From contig NW_020843614.1 of NCBI RefSeq assembly GCF_003704095.1, positions 372,001-436,000 on the forward strand: DNA of 64,000 bases. The letters are read 5' to 3'. The position numbers and the translations under genes were made by a program. The stretch is from Pocillopora damicornis (lineage: Eukaryota). Shown in pieces: positions 22,801 to 35,297 of the stretch. Under the pieces are notes generated by a model. It had not been told where the DNA came from and did not search any database. It saw nothing but the letters and a program-made list of their open reading frames with translations. Each line of letters opens with the position of its first letter. Within the stretch, counting starts at the first letter, position 1.

Positions 22801-25800
22801 AGGAAAAATAAAATAAGGGAGGAAAACGCATGACTGCGCTCAAAATTATAAACCTCCCTGCATGATTGGTTCTAAATCAACTGCAACTTGGCACGACTCT
22901 TTAATATATTTTTTAAAAAAATCAATGTGTCAAAACAAATTCAAAGTGAAAAGAATTTTCATATTCACGGTATGGCCTGCGGTAATGATTTAAGGGGAGG
23001 GGGATGATGTGAGGATTATTTCTAAGATCAAAATTTCATAGGCTCGATACGTTTTAAGCCAGAATCGAGAGCTCCTTACTTCAATAAAACCGGAGAAATT
23101 TGAGCAGATACCACGACGCGAGGTTGCTCCAGCCTGTCTTGCAACAAATGGTGAAGTGTCGAAAGTCTGCAAAACAAAGGTTAATATGTCAAATAATAAA
23201 ACAACATCCTAGTTTTCTACCAACAGCTTTACATAAATGTCTAATTTCCTTTATTGTACGGCTTTTGGAGCCGGCGCATTCTTAAAATCACTCCGATAGT
23301 TTTCTCTTTAAATCAAAACTAGCACCAGTCTTGGACGTGTCATCATGCACTGCTGGGCAGTAACAACCCTGAAGAAAAGCCACTCGTCCTCAAAGCAGTA
23401 AAATGCATTGGTAAACGTTCCTTCATCTAAATATTAATAAATTTGTTCTTACCTATCTATAGTATCGCCCTGTCCAGCTTCAAGTCTCATGATAAAACTA
23501 AACAGAGGTTTGTATTCCGGCTCCAAAAAATAATCCACAGAAGACTGACTGAACACCATCTTATCCCCACTGTTTGCTCTTGCTGCCGGTACCAAACAAA
23601 AAATAAGAAATTAATTCTTCGAAGCGTTCTTCTCAGTACATTTTTTGATATAATACAAGGTCCCTTTTTGTTTCGTTCATGGAAGCGGACCTCCTCCTCT
23701 AATGGCACACTTTTTCCGTTGAGGTTCTACTATACTTTTCAAGAGCGGGGTTCTCTATGATAATCTTTGTTGTAGCACCTGTAATGTGTTCATGGGCGAG
23801 ACACTTCATTCTATTATTTCCCCTCTGTGTGCGAGAGAACAATGCAAGAGCTTTATTTCCATCGTAACCCATTATACTGGAAGAGCCCTCTGATTGACTT
23901 GGGTTACCCACTTGAGTGAAAGTTCTATGAATTATCAGGCGCAGATCAGTATGTTGGTAAAAAAGACCACTGTCACATACACTACTGACATACTGTACCT
24001 TTTGTAGCCCATGATGTACACAGAGCAGCGGACAAACAAGGCAAATCCAGCAGTGTGTGAAACATCTGTAAAAAAAATCAAACATTGCTTAATGACTTTT
24101 AATATATTTCTTGATTGAACAAGGGAAGAAATTTCTACAAAAAGTACCTCAACAGCTGTGTTTTCGTTCAGCATGGCTGGAAGCATTTCCATGAATTCCT
24201 TTACATACGTGCGAGGATGCCAGGCCAAGATCTGCACAGAAAAAGACAAACACAGTCACAAGGGGGTTTTTTAATTGAGTGTCGAAAGTATTCTGGGATT
24301 GCTAAAAGATTGCAATTGTTCTGCTTTGCTAGGCTTTGTAATTGGCCCAGAAACCTCGTGCTAAAACGACAACCAATCACAGTTGTCTTCCAACGTTTAA
24401 GGTTGGTCATGGGTATCTACTTCTTACTGTCTCCTTGTGATATTCCCCTTCAACTTTTGATCGAACGTTGTAATTACCAGGGCTTTGGTTCTTTATTCCG
24501 AGTCGTTGAAAACCATTTCTAGTAGTCTCAAGCCATTTACTTAACTTTTTACACTACCAGACGTGACCACAAAGGGGTTTTTTTTAAAAATATCACAATC
24601 TTTTCCAGCGGGAAAATGATGAGAAGAAAGAATATCTATCCATTAAGGAAATTGTCAGATTTAAACACCAATCTGACAGAGTGGAATTCGTGGAAAATCC
24701 ATGACAAAAAGAGCAGAAAATCGATAGGGTTAGGGTTAGGGTTTGCAGTGTACCTTTGAATAGAAAGGGATACTGTAAGCATCTCCACTTACCTTGAACA
24801 AGTTTGGAAAATACTTTGGAAGAATATTGGTTGAAATACAGAGTTTCCTCAGGTTTTCCAAGCAGAAGAATACAACATCAAATGATAGAGAAGAACTACA
24901 GAGAAGACAAAAAGATGTAGCCATTCTTAAAGTCAGACTGATAGACCTTTAAAATTACTCAGAACTGGTCAGTGAAAACATTCAATTTATAAATCAACAT
25001 GCCTTTTTGCAGAACTTCTATGTAATTTTTTCTCGTGACACAAAATAGTGGATAAAGTTTGGAATTTTTTTGTTCTGGTTGGTCAGTTCTGATTAATAGC
25101 AGGGTTACCCTTATGACAAAGAGTCACTTTTAACAGCTGGTAAGTACTCTTGACTAACATTCCCAAACAATACTAACATGACCTGTACATATGATCATAT
25201 TTATCTAAATCAGACTTGTCCCTGACAGTGAGGAAAACAAAACTACCACGCATAAACTTAACCCTTTAATTCCCAGATCAAAATTGTAATTCTCCTTACT
25301 GTCAACCATACAATTCTTTTAATGTTAGTTCAGAGAATTTAGTATGGGATCACCTAATTATCCCCAAATTGATATTTTTCTTTATTCTTATTACTTATCT
25401 GGTTGATATTGTATGGATATTGTGAGAATAAGTTCTATCTTTGTCACTCATGGGAGTTAAAGGGTTAATCATTACCTTGGAAAATGTTCTAACAGAAAAT
25501 CTTTATGAAATAAGGAAATTATTTGGCCCAAGAACAAGTTTCAAATAGCCATGATGAAATCAAAGTTTCTTTTTTTATTTTGTCTTATATACTTATGAAA
25601 ATCATCTCTTTGCAAGATCTTAGGTAACCAATGATCTTATTGTTGGTCCAATGATTCTGTGAATACATGGCACAACATACTTTGCATAATAGGAACTTAA
25701 CACTGGACCCAGCAGAGTCTTACAGGCAGGTTCAGGATCAAAAACAACTGTCTCACCTGCAACAAAAAAGAATAGAGAATAGGAAAGCCATTTGAGAAAT

Positions 25801-28800
25801 CAAATAATTTTTGATCAAACAATTTTTGTACTGCAGGGTCAAAAGAGACTCAAATTTCATTTGTTAAATTCTCACATTGGAGCTACCATATAAGTCTCAT
25901 TTTGATGACCATTTTTGTGCTTGGTTAAACCACACTCCTCTCCTTTCTTCTGAGCCAAACTGACAGATGTCTGTCCAACTTACCATGGTTCAGAAGAAAC
26001 TGTACCACAGGAATCAACACTCTTTTCCATCTGTTGAAATCAGAGGTAACTCGAGCATAAAGTCTTCTTATAATCTCAATAAGTTTGGGAATCAAAGACT
26101 TGTCCATGGAGCATAGAACATCCAAATTGTAGATAACTTCAACCAGACACTGTTAAGATAATCAAATGATCAAAAGACACCCAAAATCATTATTTTTCCT
26201 ACTGAAATCTACCAGTTATTGTAGAAAATCATTAGATAAAAATAGATTCTAGTTTTAAAGCCTCTAGCAAATGTTCACTTACAGCTTCAATTAACATAGC
26301 ATCCTGTTGCTTGCTTGGTTCTATTGGAAAAAATAATAAATTTTACACGATACTTTTATCATATTGATAAAATCAAACATAGCAACAAAGAGTTTAATCA
26401 TGGTAATCCTGTATGCAGTTTGGTTTTTCATGGTAAAAAACTACCCTTACTTCTTTCACTTTGTTCCAGAAGCCTCAAGCAGTATTCACAGGCCCTCTCT
26501 TTCAGTTCTTGTTCACCACTTTTCACTCCATGAGGACTTGACGGGAATAATTTTGAGAAACTTAAAGTTGACAGACTTCTTTTATGTTTTCCTCTCTTTG
26601 ATGTATGCTGAGCCTGGTCCTTGGTACCAGGCTCTTCAGGATCACATGAAAAACTTAAAGGAGTCTGGGGTCTAGAATCACTACCACTTGACAATGACTG
26701 GTCATCTGTGGGGATAGTCAGGGATTGGCCAGGCATAGGGGACTGACTTAGCAACTGGCTCTCAGAATCTTGTGGAGAGGATCGCGACAAAGGAATAATA
26801 AAACCAGTGGATGACTGCGAATCAACAGAGATATTATCCATACTTGACTGACTTTGGTTCAAGGCATTTTGAGAGGGTGAGCTAGAGCGATAACCTGGCT
26901 GACTGAGATTCTCCACAGAGCCTGAATTTGAGGCAGTTGAAAAGATCAGTGGTGATGCACCTCCCCTTGGAGAATTAGAATTTGAGATGGTATTTATAAA
27001 CTTAAGATGACGAAGCCATGATCGCAACATGGAAAAGCTGTGGATGTTTAAGATTTGGTCAGGAAAAAAGTACTGTGCTGTGGAACAGAGTAAACAAACA
27101 AACAATGATTAGTTAAATGTAGGTCTTTTTCCCATGACTGCAACCAAAATGTTTGCTGCATGGATTGCTGCTCTCTCAAAAGCTACTGATAGATATAACA
27201 GATAAACAAAATTGAATATGGACCAACTGGAATTTAATTAGGCCCCTTTAGACCAACTGGCCTAAGTAAGTAGGAATTAAGGAGGTAAGTTTCTAAAGAA
27301 ACTGTGGTGCTGTGTCAATGGGGGAGTATAACAAGATAATTTTAGTTTAATCAACTGAGTTGTAAAGATGATGTACATTGGCTACATGAAGAGTTTCATA
27401 TCTGACATTTTGAGGGTTAGCCCTTTGTAATTCACTCTCATAAAGGGCTAACCCTCGAAATGTCAGCTTTGAAACACTTAAAGGTGGCCAATTTACATTA
27501 TCAACTCAGTTGATAAAATCAAATTAAGTGGGAACTAGTTTGGGGTTTGCATTATTAGGTACTAAAAATAGACTCATGAGGTATCTTTAACAGTCATGTA
27601 ACCACTTAGACTGCTAGATGGAGAAAGTAACACAGGCACTATGGGTCAGAGTAAGTCTCTTTTCCAACAAAATAAACTACACCATGTCCTTATATCAAGC
27701 TACACAGTGAAGCTTGGTGCTCAGTTTATCAGGTAGCCTCTAGATAGACAGCAGTTAAACTTGAACATGTTCGTGAACAGACTTTTATTAGATTAAAGCA
27801 CTACAAGCGCATTATATAAAAAAACAACAACAAATTATTAATAAATTTAGACAAATGAGCTTACCAATACTCAAGACTGTAAAAAAGTATCTTGATGATG
27901 TTCCATCGACCTCTGTAACAAGTTGGTACTATAAAAAAAATGACAGGTGTTTCATTCTTTACAATAGCTGAACCACATACATACCATAACAAGGAAATAC
28001 CAAAGACTGTCATTTTAATAGAAGGTACTTAAATTAAATAAAAGTTTAGGCTTATAAATCCTCTCAAAAGACACATCACACAAAGGTTGTAGTTTTATGT
28101 TCAACTAATGATGAATGACAACAATAAATTGATACAGATCTATTGTATAAAAATAATACAGTTTCTTTCAACATTAATTTTGTTCAAATTATACTACCAA
28201 CCCCCTTTGATTTTCCTCCTCCAAAAATCTGTCTCTGATAAGGATTTGGTGCTGATACTGTGCTAGCATTTTTCAGCCAATTTGCCATTTGACGACTCAC
28301 TGCTCCAGCATCATCTGTGACATCAAGTAAACATGTCAAATATTTCATTGTTTGCTCATTTTCAAGTTAATCTACTCCCTTTGCAAATACAGTTGAATTA
28401 CTGGAATGAGTTTTGTAAGGTAAAGATCTTGTAGCTTGTAGTTTTTCTAACTATGATAAAAAACTTTCTGCTACTCAATACACTATTTTTATCATCTTCA
28501 TGAAGTGTTTAAAGGAAAGTTGCTCAAATTGGATTCTGTGTGTTCATTACAAATTGCAAGTCAATTGTACTATATACAAACATTTTAAAATACCAAAAAT
28601 AGCAAATGAATTAAGAAGAATAAAAAATATTTTGGATAAAGAAGCATTTCACTTCCAAATATATACTGATACAAACCTTGCGATATCAAGTTATCATCTG
28701 CATTTATTAATAATTGTAAAGAACCAAGTGACAATGTTTGTAACTCCACAGGCACCGCAGGTTTTGTTAGCCATCTGCAAGTTAAGAACATAACAAGTCA

Positions 28801-30344
28801 TATCAAGCTACTTAAGTACATGTCTTAGCATCACTGAATCACAGAAATATTAATGAACAGAATGAATCTTATACCATCACTTGTTATCATTAGTTTTTGT
28901 TACTTACTGTACAAGTTGTGGAATGTATTTTGTCCAAAAGCCTCGCTCCTGGCCCTAAATAGTGAAGCACATATATGTCCAAAATAACAAGTGACAAAGG
29001 CTTTCACTTAAATCTAAAGCCCTTATAAAATTTGTTGTGAGGGGGGAGGATTAGAGTTCACTCTGATTAGTGTGTTAGTACCAGGGAAGTGCATGAGTTC
29101 TTGAAAGAACGTCTATTAAAATAGCTTAACATAACTAAACAATTAGGAACTATCAGGGAAACTTAAAAAATGGCTGAAGCAGGGAAGGGAGTGGTCCTGT
29201 TTTAACTTGCACTCAGTTCTAGAGGAGAAGAAAAACAGCTAAACAGCTTATTCCTGCAAAACCATTGAGAATTGAAGATAACCTCTAACAACTGTACTAG
29301 TCAGTCTCAAATTCAGACATTTTGGCAACAGTCAGATGTTTATCCAGTTTTTTTCAGTTTGATGAGAAGAGTCTACTACCATTCATTGTTCACATTCACT
29401 CACAAGAACTGATCCATAAATTGATACTGGGATCTTAGAAGTGATTGGGTAATATACTGCTTCATTGAATCACTCACTCTTTTACAACATACCTGAACCC
29501 ATGCCAAGGGTAATATTATTGGTATATTCTTCTGCTCCACTGGTGGTTCCACATTAGCAATAACAAGCTGACTTGTTGGAGTTATCTCACGTAATATAGC
29601 ACTGCACAGAAGTCGTAATCTTTTGGGACCTTGTTGAGGTTCGCCAGCAACACTTTGTAGCTCATTAATTAATTGATTTGACAAACTGGTGGAAGGAAAA
29701 GCACATCAAATAATCCTGTTTTACTCTATTGCTCCCAAGATCTAATTAGAAATTCTCCCTTCGAGATGTTAGACCAGCATATTACATGAAAATAGTTCGG
29801 AGAATTTTGTAGTACATCAACATCACACCCCTCCCATTGATAAATGTGTCTGTTTCCAACGATTTTTTTTCCGAATAATTAATCGATGTGGTAAGGATTC
29901 GGTAAGTCACATGCTGACGTAAAACTTAGATTTGAATAATTGTATAAGCTTAGGTACAATTCAAACAAAGTTCGACTGACATCGTTCACAATCTTTAACT
30001 TGATTTCCATCAAATGAGTTGAAATAGAGATAAAGGACTATTTGAAAGGAGGATTATTTTACAGTAATTACCTTCTCCTTTTTCTGGTGGCAGCCAACAA
30101 CAAATACAGTCGCCTTAAAGTGTTTAAACACTCATTGCCCCGGTCACGACTCTGCAAAATTCCAAGAACTTTAGCGCAGAATTCTTTGAAGTCAGTGTCC
30201 TGTAACAGCCTATAAAATGGACATGACTCTCATAAATACTTAAAGGTATCGAACGATACATGGTTTATCCAGCATATATTCAATCATCATATGTTACCGT
30301 GCTTGTTTCACTACGGTAGAAGGATCTTTAAACTGATCCGCCAT
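19839..30344 (-). CDS. AP5Z1: AP-5 complex subunit zeta-1 (SPG48)
   Basis: Multi-exon. Starts MADQFKDPSTVVKQAR|LLQDTDFKEFCAKVLGILQ...LNTLRRLYLLLAAT. Internal motifs DQILNIHSFSMLRSWL, CEYCLRLLEQSER, FPNLFKILAWHP, MFHTLLDLPCLSAAL, KLASRCQDVIQRA, RAQELINLLKLPNVAPVILSP. Last exon WHRDRNASLSLLLRTCDTILSS* (stop 19839-19841). All match my recollection of AP5Z1. Confidence 0.93.
25258..25468. mobile_element. piggyBac-like MITE in an AP5Z1 intron
   Basis: ttaaccctttaattccca ... tgggagttaaagggttaa. Confidence 0.85.
27282..27526. repeat. Long inverted repeat, probable Penelope-like element terminus with a degenerate minimal hammerhead motif
   Basis: atcaactgagttg..tgtacattggctac..ctgacattttgagggttagcccttt is mirrored by aaagggctaaccctcgaaatgtcag..gtggccaatttaca..caactcagttgat. 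Confidence 0.55.
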
Positions 30345-31020
30345 ATTGAAAACATCTGGTTGGGGATAGCCGCTGGCTATTACAAAGCATATTCCAAGGC
30401 CCGTAACACGGGTCTGCAATGCGTTCAAAGAAGAAAGGGTTATAAAATTTACCCAGTCATTAAACTATGAGGTTTAGAACAAATAAGGTTTAGTGGGTAC
30501 TTTAATGGTTAAAAATTTAAAATCCAAGAACTCAAATGCAGGATATGATACACACATTTACCAAATGTCCATCGATTTATCCTTCCACCTTCTCATTTAC
30601 AGTCCCCCGCCTACCAAACACCTTCATAGATAACTCGTCCCCAAGCCTGAGGGGTTTTTGTTGTGGCTGATACTCGACAAGCTTTGAAATAACAGAAAGT
30701 GGTAAGTGTGCAAAAGAAGGCTTATGATTTTATAAACTCAGCTTAGCCATTTTCAGTTCATTTTTCTCGTTGCTCAGTTATAGCAAGCTGTAGTTCTACC
30801 AATTTATGATAAGCATCCATTCAAATTGTTTCGAAAACGAAACCGTGAATGTATTCTCCTGTATAATAACACCAAATTTTCTTGACTAATGTACAAAACT
30901 ACCTCACCCATTTCATCTTAGCTTAGTCATGACAAACCCCATTCATTAAATTTGTCATGTATTTGAGATTTGTTTTGTTTGTCCTTACTCAGCCGGAGTG
31001 ATTCTGTGAGACAAGAAAAG

Positions 31021-32653
31021 ATGACTAGTAATTTGCCCTCCCTTCCCTCAGAAGTAATTGAAAAGATAGTTGCTTTCTTGCCGCTGCCAGACGTCTGCAT
31101 CTGTATGTTGGTATGCAAAGAATGGAAAGTGAGTAAAGACTGTCCATATGAAAACTTTTGGTTTTAAAAGTCTCCATGGCAATTATTAAGATGTGACAAA
31201 AATTTGACATAAGTTTTCCAAATCCCAACAGGCAAGTAATCTCTCTATGGGATACATTTGTCTCTTGTTCTGTAATAATAGCAGAAGATCTTACTATCTT
31301 ATTTTAAACTTCTTTGATGTACCTCTTCAAATCATCTATGAACTGTGTCAAAAGAAATAACAAAACAATTACTACTCACTTAAAATTAAAGACTAGCCAA
31401 AATAGTCATGAATTTTTTTTGTGTTTTATTTTTTATACATCAGGAAATGTTTTCATCAGAGCAGTTTAGTAAAAATTATGTGCTCAACCATTACAATTTT
31501 GATGATGAAGAACAACCTAGTGGACATCTTTATGCGTGGTCTGACCCAGAGGAATGGTTTCATTACTGGGATGACAATGAAGATAATTCCAATGTGTGGG
31601 TGTTTTCTAATCCTCCAAAGCGCTGGAAATGTGGCATTGTTCATTTAGCAAGTTACTCACTTGTCTCAGATAAACAGCTAAAGTATAAAAGTTTCCTCCG
31701 GGCTGTGTACATTTTGAGCAGAATAAAGAAGGCTGCAGAGGAGCTTGGACTGGATTGTGGTAAGTAAGACTAGGAGGATTCAGGGTTCATTTCCAAGTGG
31801 ATGCCCCAAATATTCCAAGATTAAATAAAAAAAAAAACAAATCACAACAACTATACTTAGTGATTGGCTGTAACCTTTTCACTCCTAAGAGCTTAAAGTT
31901 GATTTTCCTTGCTAATGGGTACATTTCTTTGTTATCTGGTTCTGAGTCAAGAGTATTTCCCTAGTCAACAATCTTCTCAGTTTATTCTCATTGCCTGCCA
32001 GTTTACAATGTATTAAAAAAGGTAAGGATAATTTATATGGTGGATACTCCTAGTGTCAAAGGTTTATAAACTTGTGTCCCTTTCATTTGTGAATATAACA
32101 CCATTTGTGATTTTTTAATGTGGATCTTTTCTTGCTGAAGTGTTAGTCAAATTGTTATGGCTGCTTTGCTTTTTGTTTTAACTTTTTCTTTATAGAAAAT
32201 GAGCAGTGAACATTGTCTTATTCAATAAGGTATGTTTTTTCTGTAATAGGTGCTTGGGCAAATGAAGGCTCTGGATTGATAGAAACATGCTTATTTCCTT
32301 GGGATAAAGATTCCCTCCCCACAGCTACAGATATAATTTCACTTTATGGTTTCAATCCTGAGATGCAAAAGAACCCACTGGTGAGGGGTGAAGGTGAAGA
32401 CAAGGATAGTGGTGATGAAAGTAGTGATGATGAGGAAGATGGAGGCTGTGTTCGTTGGAAGTCTTTAAGTACATCATATGATGTTGATGTGAAGAAAGCT
32501 CATGCTTTCTTTGACTGGATGAAGGAAATTTTTTCCCCTTATATTCAAATTGGTATAGGTTGTGATGCAATGAATCCAGTTCCTTGTTTCATTTTGGCAA
32601 AACTTGCTCCAGGTTGGGTGGGGGGTTTACTTTCTTCATTGGCTCTGACTTAG
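31021..32653 (+). CDS. F-box protein with an atypical (possibly NuiA-like) C-terminal domain
   Basis: Exons 31021-31128, 31444-31759, 32250-32653 with consistent phases. N-terminal F-box LPSLPSEVIEKIVAFLPLPDVCICMLVCKEWKEM. Likely 5'UTR donor at 30702; head-to-head with AP5Z1. Confidence 0.85.
31870..32066. mobile_element. Degenerate piggyBac-like MITE in an F-box gene intron
   Basis: taaccttttcactcctaaga ... tagtgtcaaaggttta; about 200 bp, same layout as 18775-18979. Confidence 0.5.
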
Positions 32654-33270
32654 TCTAGTTTGTGCATGTATTATTCATTAAATTGAAAGAATGACATTGT
32701 GAATTAGATAATTAATTTAATGCAAAAATACTTCCCATTGAGAGAAGTTACAGCTAGAGTTAATCCTCACTAACAGACAAAGACTAATGTGTTGAGGAAG
32801 CAAAATACACTACACTGCAAATAAATACTAAATAAACACATACTATAACAAAAAAGACATATGCACATTATACAGTTACTGGAAATACATAAATCTATAC
32901 TTTACCCCAATGCATTCATATTTAATCTAAGTGAATCACATGCAATTTCTAGGGGGGGGAGAGGGGGGTACAATTATATTATAGAAAATCATGAGACCAT
33001 GAGCACTTTACCAAATAGGTTCTACATGTTGTTAAAGTTGTTTCATTGAATAAATATTGAGAAAAGATTATTTCTGAAGCTAACAAAATTTTGTAGGCTA
33101 GATTAGTCAAAATGCTAAAGGCAAAAGGCAGATAACATAATCAGGATAACCACATGAGGTGATGTACCATATGAGGTAAATATTCTACATCTAACTTCAC
33201 AAACTAAAATATTTAAAATGAGGATATCCATTGGGCCTCAGTTTCTCTTAGTGTTTTAAATGTGTTTGTT

Positions 33271-33418
33271 AAAAAGCAACCAGGAGCTGCCTTTCCCTAC
33301 CACAGGTTCATTCCGAAACTCGAAAATAAATATTTAGGCCTCTCAAAAAGCAACCAGGAGCTACATTTCCCTACTTCAGGTTCATTCTGAAACTCAAACG
33401 TAAATATTTAGGCCTCTC
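33271..33418. repeat. Tandem duplication, 2 x about 74 bp
   Basis: aaaaagcaaccaggagct..tttccctac..caggttcatt..gaaactc..taaatatttaggcctctc occurs twice back-to-back. Confidence 0.85.
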
Positions 33419-34358
33419 TAGGTTTAAAGTAGACCTTTTTTTAAGTTAGACAAATCTTATTTAAAAATTGCTGGTGACTGAATGTAGTAAAAACTAGATT
33501 TTGATACATTAAAATATTTAGATATTCCCTTGAAATCTTAGATGGAAACCATCCAAATGTTGAATAAATAAAATATACCTGTTATAGATTTTGCACAGGG
33601 TGCAACAGTGCCCACATTTCCATAATCTTAATAGTTAGGTTTATTTTTGTGTAGTCTTGCTGTCAGGGTTAGAAAGCTGTCAGCTCCTGAATTATTTTGG
33701 GAATTTTGGGCAAAATTTGACCAATCTCCTGTCAGATTGGGGATTGACCACTGGTGTCAGAAGTGATTTAAAGTCTAACGACATGTCAATTTGATTGATG
33801 TTTTGTGGAATTTAGATCAATATTTTGCAAAATAAAAGCTTCTTTCCTCTTTAGTTTATACATTAAGTCTTTTATGATTGTGTAGTGTTGAAAATCTCTA
33901 CATTTTATGAAATCACATATACCGCTGCACGCCGCAGAAAAGGTGCTGCTTTTTCTTGCGTAACATGGATTATCATGGCTCTCCCAGCATCACTTTTATG
34001 GCTCCATAGTGTAATATAAAAAGTATAGTTTTCAATACTTTTTATCTTACAGCGCAAGCTTTCACTTTACGGTAAAAGTAATACTCCCTGCGCGCAAAGC
34101 GGAGGCCCATTACCTCGGAAATATGACAACTCAGCAAGCTATGAAAGTAGGTTGTAACGCGTGATTACCGTAAGTCAGTCCGAATTAAAAACCGAATTTT
34201 TTAGCGCGGGAACTTGTATTGTGGGAAATTCGGACAAAAAGAGGCAGTGAAAACAAATAAACCTATCAATCACTTCAGGTATGGCTAAATTTGTAAATAT
34301 TGAAGCAAACTCGTTAACGAACAAGAACGTGGGGAAAAAACTCGCCCAATCGCATTTC

Positions 34359-35297
34359 TCAGGGTTGTGAAATTTTTCTCTCAACGGTATAGTCAGCAAT
34401 TGATACTTTATTCGTCGGTAACCAGCAGCAAATATACATTCGCAACTCCTGCCTGAATCTTTGACTTTGAAGAGTGTAAATGATCGGATTCAAACACGAG
34501 CTTAAACCAACAGGTATCACACAGGCGTGGTAAATAATGGACCCATATTCCACCAAGCCAGGAACGTGATAGGCAAGCAAGTATGAAGTCACATCAGGAA
34601 GCCAACACAATGCGTGAAGCACCGTCACTGTTACTGCAATTTTCGTGATTCGCTTGCGTGATTTGATTACGACTAATGAAGTGCCCGAAATTATAGATGG
34701 GCCCCAAAGAGTTTTCAGAGTCTTGGCGTATAGAACAGCCATCAGTACAAGAGGAACTGAAAAGTCCACAACGAAGGTAAAGACGGTGTAAATCTTGCCA
34801 TATACAAGTTTAGACCAGTTTTCAAAGCATGATGAATGATTTTTGTCATAAATCATTACGGTCATTGGAGGAATCTCGGAAAGAATGGCAAAAATCCAAC
34901 CACATACAATAACCATTATTAGTTTTCTCTTTGATAATTTTCGTGCAATGTTGCCAGTTCGAGTGGCATAGAAGCGTTCGATGGCGATCACAACATGCAT
35001 GACAGTAGCAGTACACCCTCCAACCCACATAGTGAACCCCCCAGTAAACAGCTTACAAAGCAAGGTTCCAGCCCATCCATCAGGGTGGGTATATACAGGA
35101 CGAAGCACATATTGAGGGATCAGAGATGTTGCCACCAGAATGTCGGCCAGTGCTAAGTTGAGGAAAAGGTAGTTGATTGAAGTCTTGAACTTCGAGCGAA
35201 TCAAAGCAAGTACTACTAGCAAGTTTGGAATCAAATTTAAGATCATTAAAAGGAAGAAAACCCCCGACAAAATATTTTGCGTCCTATCATTTACCAT
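34359..35297 (-). CDS. Class A (rhodopsin-family) GPCR, neuropeptide-receptor-like, single coding exon
   Basis: Seven hydrophobic segments; NLALAD (TM2), LCK, IAIERF (DRY-equivalent), CFENW, CWLP (TM6), NPIIY (TM7). Splice signals at about 35329 and 35560 suggest a 5'UTR intron. Confidence 0.93.
   Translation of the reverse strand: MVNDRTQNILSGVFFLLMILNLIPNLLVVLALIRSKFKTSINYLFLNLALADILVATSLIPQYVLRPVYTHPDGWAGTLLCKLFTGGFTMWVGGCTATVMHVVIAIERFYATRTGNIARKLSKRKLIMVIVCGWIFAILSEIPPMTVMIYDKNHSSCFENWSKLVYGKIYTVFTFVVDFSVPLVLMAVLYAKTLKTLWGPSIISGTSLVVIKSRKRITKIAVTVTVLHALCWLPDVTSYLLAYHVPGLVEYGSIIYHACVIPVGLSSCLNPIIYTLQSQRFRQELRMYICCWLPTNKVSIADYTVERKISQP

Noticed and set aside
24726-24743. Telomere-like TTAGGG repeats
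   Set aside because: Only about three units; not distinguishable from chance or a MITE remnant.
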